DNA of 11,447 nt from a virus (taxonomy: Duplodnaviria; Heunggongvirae; Uroviricota; Caudoviricetes), in IMG/VR virus record IMGVR_UViG_2541047595_000012; one strand, 5' to 3'. A model generated the notes under the pieces. That model made no database searches. It saw nothing but the letters and a program-made list of their open reading frames with translations, and was not told the origin of the DNA. Position 1 is the stretch's first letter, and each line of letters begins with the position of its first letter. This document shows positions 7,404 to 11,447 of this stretch, piece after piece. Both the position numbers and the translations under genes were made by a program.

Positions 7404-7420
7404 TTCTTAAGATTTCCAAT
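7381..7420 (+). promoter_or_regulatory. pRE-like CII-dependent promoter (TTGC-N6-TTGT direct repeat overlapping the cII start codon on the opposite strand)
   Basis: Plus strand TTGCTGTAACTTGT at 7381-7394 is the reverse complement of the first cII codons. This is the lambda pRE architecture, where CII binds TTGC-N6-TTGC flanking the -35. Confidence 0.4.
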
Positions 7421-7488
7421 AGTGAATAGTTAGTTGAAAGGTATGCGTGGAAACGCATATGGCCTTAGTTGGTCAGATATCTTGGAAC

Positions 7489-7534
7489 TCGCTTTTCAGC
7501 GACGTAGGACGAATGTCCGTTGTTACAAAGAGCG
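7489..7534 (-). promoter_or_regulatory. nutR-like site: boxA (CGCTCTTTGTAACAA) and boxB hairpin (TCGC-TGAAAA-GCGA) between cro and cII
   Basis: Read on the minus strand: a boxA-like GCTCTTT element at 7534-7520 and a small GAAAA-loop hairpin at 7502-7489. The same GCTGAAAAGC core occurs at the nutL candidate. A further hairpin at 7440-7457 (TATGCGT-GGAA-ACGCATA on the plus strand) is in the tR1 position. Confidence 0.45.
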
Positions 7535-7544
7535 GATCCGCTTA

Positions 7545-7760
7545 TTAAGCGGCTTTGTGTTCCGGCGGGAACACGTCATCAAGACTGACTTTTGCGCCTA
7601 ACTTGTTTAGGCACGCAACAAGAGCACGGCATGTTTTAAGGTCTGGGAAGCGACGACCAGATTCCCAATGTCCGATAGCTCCCTGTGTGCATCCAACTGC
7701 CTTAGCAAGTGTTGTTTGAGAGATATTCAGTGACTCTCGATATTTTCGTAGGTTGCTCAT
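7545..7760 (-). CDS. cro: Cro-like repressor (HTH, 71 aa)
   Basis: The internal ATG at 7760, preceded by GGAGGG, gives MSNLRKYRESLNISQTTLAKAVGCTQGAIGHWESGRRFPD... with a helix-turn-helix whose recognition helix (TQGAIGHW) mirrors that of the divergently encoded CI (TQGGIGHW). The longer track ORF (start 7853) would run through the operator region. Confidence 0.8.
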   Translation of the reverse strand: MSNLRKYRESLNISQTTLAKAVGCTQGAIGHWESGRRFPDLKTCRALVACLNKLGAKVSLDDVFPPEHKAA

Positions 7761-7870
7761 ATGCCCTCCATAGTAAACACGAATAAAAAATACAATATGT
7801 ACTTTAAGAATACAAGTAAAAATACACATTGTGCATGGATGGTTCCAGTACAAAGCGTAATAATAAGAAC
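7761..7870. promoter_or_regulatory. OR region with divergent pR (towards cro) and pRM (towards cI) and TACA/TGTA-armed operator repeats
   Basis: Minus-strand pR candidate: -35 TTGTAT (plus 7810-7815) and -10 TATTTT (plus 7787-7792), with the operator-like 19-mer AAAGTACATATTGTATTTT (plus 7787-7805) across the spacer and -10. AATACA[A/C] repeats occur at 7789, 7809 and 7821. pRM -10 candidate TAATAA at 7858-7863 lies immediately before the cI ATG, suggesting a leaderless cI mRNA. Confidence 0.55.
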
Positions 7871-8530
7871 ATGAAAATGAAATGGTATGAACTGGCTAGA
7901 TCCAGAATGAAAGAGCTCGGCATAACTCAAGAGAAGTTAGCCGAAGAGCTAGGTATGACGCAGGGTGGGATTGGACACTGGTTGCGCGGATCTCGTCATC
8001 CATCTCTTAGTGATATTGGAGTGGTGTTTAAATACCTTGGTATTGATAACATATCATTCAACCACGACGGGACATTTTCACCTGTTGGCGAATACTCATC
8101 GGCCCCAGTTAAAAAACAATATGAGTACCCTGTTTTTTCTCATGTTCAGGCTGGGATGTTCTCTCCAGAACTCAGAACCTTTACCAAAGGCGATGCGGAG
8201 AGATTGGTAAGCACAACCAAAAAAGCCAGTGACTCTGCATTCTGGCTTGAGGTTGAAGGTAACTCAATGACCGCACCAACAGGTTCCAAGCCCAGCTTTC
8301 CTGACGGGATGTTAATTCTGGTTGACCCTGAGCAGGCTGTTGAGCCAGGCGATTTCTGTATAGCCAGACTTGGTGGTGATGAGTTTACCTTCAAGAAACT
8401 GATCAGGGATAGCGGTCAGGTGTTTCTACAGCCACTAAACCCACAATACCCAATGATCCCATGCAATGAGAGTTGTTCCGTTGTGGGGAAAGTTATCGCT
8501 AGTCAGTGGCCTGAAGAGACGTTTGGGTGA
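7871..8530 (+). CDS. cI: CI prophage repressor (HTH N-terminal domain plus LexA/S24-type autocleavage C-terminal domain)
   Basis: The C-terminal part (...[25 protein letters not shown]...[29 protein letters not shown]...[32 protein letters not shown]) matches the lambda CI C-terminal domain from memory, including the Ser/Lys dyad context. The N-terminal HTH domain is non-lambda. The start is uncertain: ATGs at 7835, 7871 and 7877 are all in frame, with no Shine-Dalgarno, consistent with a leaderless message; 7871 is chosen. Confidence 0.8.
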   Translation: MKMKWYELARSRMKELGITQEKLAEELGMTQGGIGHWLRGSRHPSLSDIGVVFKYLGIDNISFNHDGTFSPVGEYSSAPVKKQYEYPVFSHVQAGMFSPELRTFTKGDAERLVSTTKKASDSAFWLEVEGNSMTAPTGSKPSFPDGMLILVDPEQAVEPGDFCIARLGGDEFTFKKLIRDSGQVFLQPLNPQYPMIPCNESCSVVGKVIASQWPEETFG

Positions 8531-8629
8531 TGTGACTGCATGTAATTTATCAAAAGCGCACATACCCTATGCTAAACAACTTACTGATTAATTTACTGAA
8601 AATCATTTATTAAAAAATAAGGATTGCCA

Positions 8630-9481
8630 ATGAATTTTTCGGAAGAAAAAAATAAAGATTTCCCCAAAAAAGTACAAACTTCGCTATTTGAAGTAGATTG
8701 TAATGACGGATGCTCATTTGTAGATGTCTTGAAGACATGCGAAAATTTCAAACAAAACTATGACTTTGAGTACTCTAACGACACTCGGGCAAGGATAAAA
8801 AGTCTAATAGTTAACGATGACCAAATCTTTGCTGGGATAACACTCTATGAGCCCAAAGCTTTGGTCCCGGTAACTCCAAAAGATGGAGACCATAACGATT
8901 TGCAGGATGTAGATAATTATGATAAATGCCATATATTCTTGCTTGCAACAGAAAGCAATATTCTAACAATTTTTCAACTATCAGGAACTCATCCTTTATC
9001 TAAGTTAAAAAAAATATTTAGCCTCATGAATATCAATGTGAATATTTCTGAGAAACTCAACAAAGATGCACTTGGCAAGATAATAAAAGATGGAATACGC
9101 TCCATCAGCCTAAGTATTGAAACAACAAAAGAAGATCTAGAAGAGGCAAAAGCAACATCATTAGGTATCACTGGAAAAGCTAAAGAAGCTTTGTCAAGAT
9201 TATTTGAGAAAGAGCAAGATGATGACAACTCTTTCTATGGGCTTCTGACTCTTGACAAGAGACATAACCCAAAACTCTTAAATATTGCGAACAAAAATCC
9301 AAGCCTGATCATTGATGAATTATCGGAAGAGTTCTTCATCACAACATCAAAAGGCCAAGCGATCAAAAGCTCTGAAATCAAAACAAAAAAAGATTATTAC
9401 ACAAGAAAGTATGGCTCTACCACCATAAAAGCGGAACACGCTAAGGAAATTCTTGAGCACTTCAAGGATTTCATACTATAA
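8630..9481 (+). CDS. hypothetical soluble protein (283 aa), first gene of an AT-rich cassette in the rexA position; not recognisable as lambda RexA
   Basis: The ATG at 8630 is preceded by AAGGA (the track ORF begins on a TTG at 8624). The protein is Lys/Asp/Glu-rich with no transmembrane segment, no Walker motif and no obvious nuclease or protease signature. Codon usage and base composition are visibly AT-rich compared with the flanking phage genes. Confidence 0.7.
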   Translation: MNFSEEKNKDFPKKVQTSLFEVDCNDGCSFVDVLKTCENFKQNYDFEYSNDTRARIKSLIVNDDQIFAGITLYEPKALVPVTPKDGDHNDLQDVDNYDKCHIFLLATESNILTIFQLSGTHPLSKLKKIFSLMNINVNISEKLNKDALGKIIKDGIRSISLSIETTKEDLEEAKATSLGITGKAKEALSRLFEKEQDDDNSFYGLLTLDKRHNPKLLNIANKNPSLIIDELSEEFFITTSKGQAIKSSEIKTKKDYYTRKYGSTTIKAEHAKEILEHFKDFIL

Positions 9482-9518
9482 TGGAGGGTCGTACGTATAA
9501 CCAAAGGGGGAGGTGTGA

Positions 9519-10010
9519 ATGAGAGGTAAAGATTGGAGTTATATTTTTTCCATAATCTTTTTTATCTGCCTTTCTCTTGTATTAACTTATTATTTACATG
9601 ATAAGGTTAGATATAACAAAGAGTTGCTTGGACTTGTGGCAAATATATTTTCAATATTAACAGGGTTTCTGTTACTTGTTATAACCACAAGTGGAGACGT
9701 AGCATCGTTTACAGAAGGTAAATCAAGATCAGAAAAGTATGCAACTAAGAGGAAATTCGAAATTCGGTTTTCTCGTTACATGATGCTTTTTTACCTCTAT
9801 CTTACAGTCTTGTGCTTAATATTCTTCTACTACATGCTGCTGCCACCAGGAGACACCAGTAAAATCTTAGCAAGCAAGCCGCCTGTGACCAACCTGAGTC
9901 TGGCACTTGAGTTTATTATATGCTGGCTAAGCATAATTTCATTTGGATGCTCTTTTTTCATACCAATAAAGCTGAAACAGATTTATAACGAAAAACTCAA
10001 GCAACAATAA
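9519..10010 (+). CDS. hypothetical integral membrane protein (163 aa, about four transmembrane helices), second gene of the cassette in the rexB position
   Basis: The ATG at 9519 is preceded by a strong GGGGGAGG Shine-Dalgarno. Four hydrophobic stretches are visible (about aa 8-26, 36-57, 87-108 and 126-150). The size and topology resemble RexB-type small membrane effectors, but the sequence is not recognisably RexB. Confidence 0.75.
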   Translation: MRGKDWSYIFSIIFFICLSLVLTYYLHDKVRYNKELLGLVANIFSILTGFLLLVITTSGDVASFTEGKSRSEKYATKRKFEIRFSRYMMLFYLYLTVLCLIFFYYMLLPPGDTSKILASKPPVTNLSLALEFIICWLSIISFGCSFFIPIKLKQIYNEKLKQQ

Positions 10011-10036
10011 CCCGGCCTCAGCGCCGGGTTTTCTTT
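10009..10036 (+). terminator. rho-independent terminator (AACCCGGC-CTCAGC-GCCGGGTT followed by TTCTTTG); timm-like end of the cI-cassette transcript
   Basis: Perfect 8-bp GC-rich stem directly after the stop of the membrane-protein gene, followed by a T-rich tract. Confidence 0.7.
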
Positions 10037-10210
10037 GCCTCACGATCGCCCCACCTAAAAACACATAACCAATTGTATTTATTGAAAAATAAATAGATAC
10101 AACCCACTAAACCACGCAATTCTGATCTCTCCTTACATCGCCGAGGCAATACATCCACGCTAAAAAACAACACTATTAAATACAAAGCGTTATAAAAAAC
10201 CACGCCAACT

Positions 10211-10260
10211 TACAACAAATTGTATTGATCTTGTAAAGTACATATCGTACTATTTAACCG
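10211..10260 (+). promoter_or_regulatory. OL/pL-like region: -35 TTGATC (10225-10230), -10 TACTAT (10249-10254), overlapping operator-like motifs
   Basis: The 15-mer AAAGTACATATCGTA (10235-10249) is nearly identical to the motif in the pR spacer (AAAGTACATATTGTA). TACAACAAATTGTA (10211-10224) is a TACA-N6-TGTA inverted repeat. Orientation and distance to nutL and N fit a pL promoter. Confidence 0.5.
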
Positions 10261-10298
10261 TCAGCAGGACGCTGGAAGCCAAATGGAACAGACTGGCA

Positions 10299-10344
10299 GG
10301 CTCTTTAAACAACGTCGACTCTCGACTACGTGGCTGAAAAGCCA
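10299..10344 (+). promoter_or_regulatory. nutL-like site: boxA (GGCTCTTTAAACAA) and boxB hairpin (TGGC-TGAAAA-GCCA)
   Basis: The boxA-like element at 10299-10312 resembles the E. coli and lambda boxA (GCTCTTTAACAA). A GAAAA-loop hairpin follows at 10331-10344. It lies between the pL candidate and N. Confidence 0.5.
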
Positions 10345-10442
10345 GATCACCCAACCACATAAGCTGTGGGATGCAATGCCGAAGCAACCGTCTCAGGAGG
10401 AGCTTCGAGATTGCATCGCCAAAGTTTATTCGGGAGGAATCC

Positions 10443-10715
10443 ATGTCCAGAAAAACAGAATTTAAAGGCACCGCAGCTTCTCGCCGTAGAGCTCGTCGCG
10501 CAAATCTGCAAAGTCAGGAGGCGATCAGCTCCGACAAGCTACACAGGCCAACCCCTTCACGAGTGGTCTTGCAATGCAAGCGCAAACCAGCAATGAGAGC
10601 AGAAGTGATAACTCTGACAACGTTGACCAGAAAATATGAAGGTTCAACTTGTCTTCCGAACGTAGCTCTTTACGCGGCAGGCTACCGGAAATCAAAACAA
10701 CTGACGGCGAGATGA
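10443..10715 (+). CDS. N: N-type antitermination protein (P22-like N with arginine-rich RNA-binding motif)
   Basis: The ATG at 10443 is preceded by GGGAGGAA, giving MSRKTEFKGTAASRRRARRANLQSQEA... with an arginine-rich motif near the N-terminus. The C-terminus ...VALYAAGYRKSKQLTAR resembles the P22 gene 24 (N) product as I recall it. The track ORF start at 10371 is upstream of the Shine-Dalgarno and is unlikely. Confidence 0.7.
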   Translation: MSRKTEFKGTAASRRRARRANLQSQEAISSDKLHRPTPSRVVLQCKRKPAMRAEVITLTTLTRKYEGSTCLPNVALYAAGYRKSKQLTAR

Positions 10716-10731
10716 TAAATTCATTTGCTAA

Positions 10732-11313
10732 TTACTTGTTTTTGCCATGCTTATCCTGAGCGATAAGTTCATCCATAAGGCTGTCTGCCTTCCCGGCAAA
10801 CCGAATGTAGCACTCATGTCTATAGCTTTCAGGAATAACAAAACGGTCGGTATCAGGATATCCAACAGCAGGAGGCCTTCGAACGAGGAGTCCTTTTTTG
10901 AGCAATGAAATTGATTCATGAACTCCCTTTTCCGTTTGTAGCTGGTTATTAGCGGCTACAGCGAATGCCAAATACGCTCTTTCTCCAAGAGTTAACGAAT
11001 CAAACAAATCTTGCACATATTTTTCTTCTTTAGATTTGCGCTTCTGAGCAGCGGATACCTCAATTCTTTCAGTCACAGCGTGATAAGCGGAATTAACAAC
11101 GCCGTTAAGCACATAGCTAACGCAAAACAACAGGATGTAATACATCCAGTAATGAGGAAGGATTTCTGGATTATGCAGGTTTATCCATTCTTTTACGCTT
11201 ACCGGCATAACAATAATCAATATGATCAGGATGATTAGCATATGAATCAACTGTTTAAGTGTCATTCCTTGCAGGAAAAAATGCATTAGTTCCTGCCACC
11301 ATGAGTTGTTCAT
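10732..11313 (-). CDS. sieB: superinfection exclusion protein B (SieB-like), membrane-anchored
   Basis: 193-aa ORF with an N-terminal hydrophobic segment (LIHMLIILIILIIVMPV... and YWMYYILLFCVSYVL), adjacent to N. Its size and location match lambda/P22 SieB; recognition is from memory and only moderately secure. Confidence 0.6.
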   Translation of the reverse strand: MNNSWWQELMHFFLQGMTLKQLIHMLIILIILIIVMPVSVKEWINLHNPEILPHYWMYYILLFCVSYVLNGVVNSAYHAVTERIEVSAAQKRKSKEEKYVQDLFDSLTLGERAYLAFAVAANNQLQTEKGVHESISLLKKGLLVRRPPAVGYPDTDRFVIPESYRHECYIRFAGKADSLMDELIAQDKHGKNK

Positions 11314-11357
11314 CGGCGTTTCTCTTTTGCTCTCTGTAGGGGTGAATAGAGTTTATC

Positions 11358-11447
11358 TGAACCGCCCCGGGAATCCTGGAGACTAAACTTCCTGAGAAAG
11401 AGGTAAACAGGATGACTAAAAATACTCGTTTTTCCCCCGAAGTCCGT
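11358..11447 (+). mobile_element. left end of an IS3-family insertion sequence (IS629/IS1203-like), with terminal inverted repeat and the start of orfA (ATG at 11412)
   Basis: TGAACCGCCCCGGGAATCCTGG... begins at 11358, the typical TGA-initiated IS3-family end. orfA begins MTKNTRFSPEVR (11412..11447, partial), which matches the N-terminus of IS629-type OrfA as I recall it. The element continues beyond the window. Confidence 0.7.

Noticed and set aside
7761-7853. N-terminal extension of cro (track start at 7853)
   Set aside because: It would place the operator/promoter region inside the coding sequence. The ATG at 7760 has a strong GGAGGG Shine-Dalgarno and yields a typical roughly 70-aa Cro.
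7965-8394. ORFs 7965..8210 (+) and 8146..8394 (-) inside cI
   Set aside because: Alternative-frame and antisense ORFs within the confidently assigned cI gene.
8989-9228. 79-aa minus-strand ORF inside the cassette's first gene
   Set aside because: Antisense within an AT-rich gene where long spurious ORFs are expected; no Shine-Dalgarno.
8630-9481. Calling the 283-aa protein RexA
   Set aside because: The size and position fit, but the sequence does not resemble lambda RexA as I recall it. Without an alignment I will not assign the name.
10018-10596. ORFs 10018..10203 (-), 10250..10471 (-), 10283..10465 (+) and 10366..10596 (+)
   Set aside because: They fall in the OL/pL/nutL leader or overlap N in other frames. 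The N frame starting at 10443 with its Shine-Dalgarno explains the coding signal.
10728-11238. ORFs 10728..10919 (-) and 11011..11238 (+) within sieB
   Set aside because: Alternative-frame and antisense ORFs inside the 193-aa sieB-like gene.

Overview
This window reads as an E. coli-type lambdoid prophage segment in inverted orientation: the lambda 'rightward' genes lie on the minus strand and the 'leftward' genes on the plus strand. From left to right it holds the start of the lysis cassette (phage-21-type SAR endolysin and pinholin), a plus-strand OmpC-family porin moron (NmpC/Lc type), the late antiterminator Q, a nin region (ylcG, rusA, a ybcO remnant, an unknown ORF, ninE, a Dam-family methyltransferase, ninB), ren, P and O with ori-lambda iterons inside O, cII, cro, the divergent OR/pR/pRM region, and cI. 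Downstream of cI, in the slot lambda uses for rexA-rexB, sits a strongly AT-rich two-gene cassette (a 283-aa soluble protein plus a 163-aa four-helix membrane protein) that I do not recognise and flag as the best candidate for an undescribed phage-exclusion or abortive-infection module. After it come a strong terminator, an OL/pL/nutL region, a P22-type N antiterminator, sieB, and the left end of an IS3-family element that cuts the prophage off at the window edge. All protein identifications rest on my reading of the translations and recall of family sequences; no alignment or database search was run.
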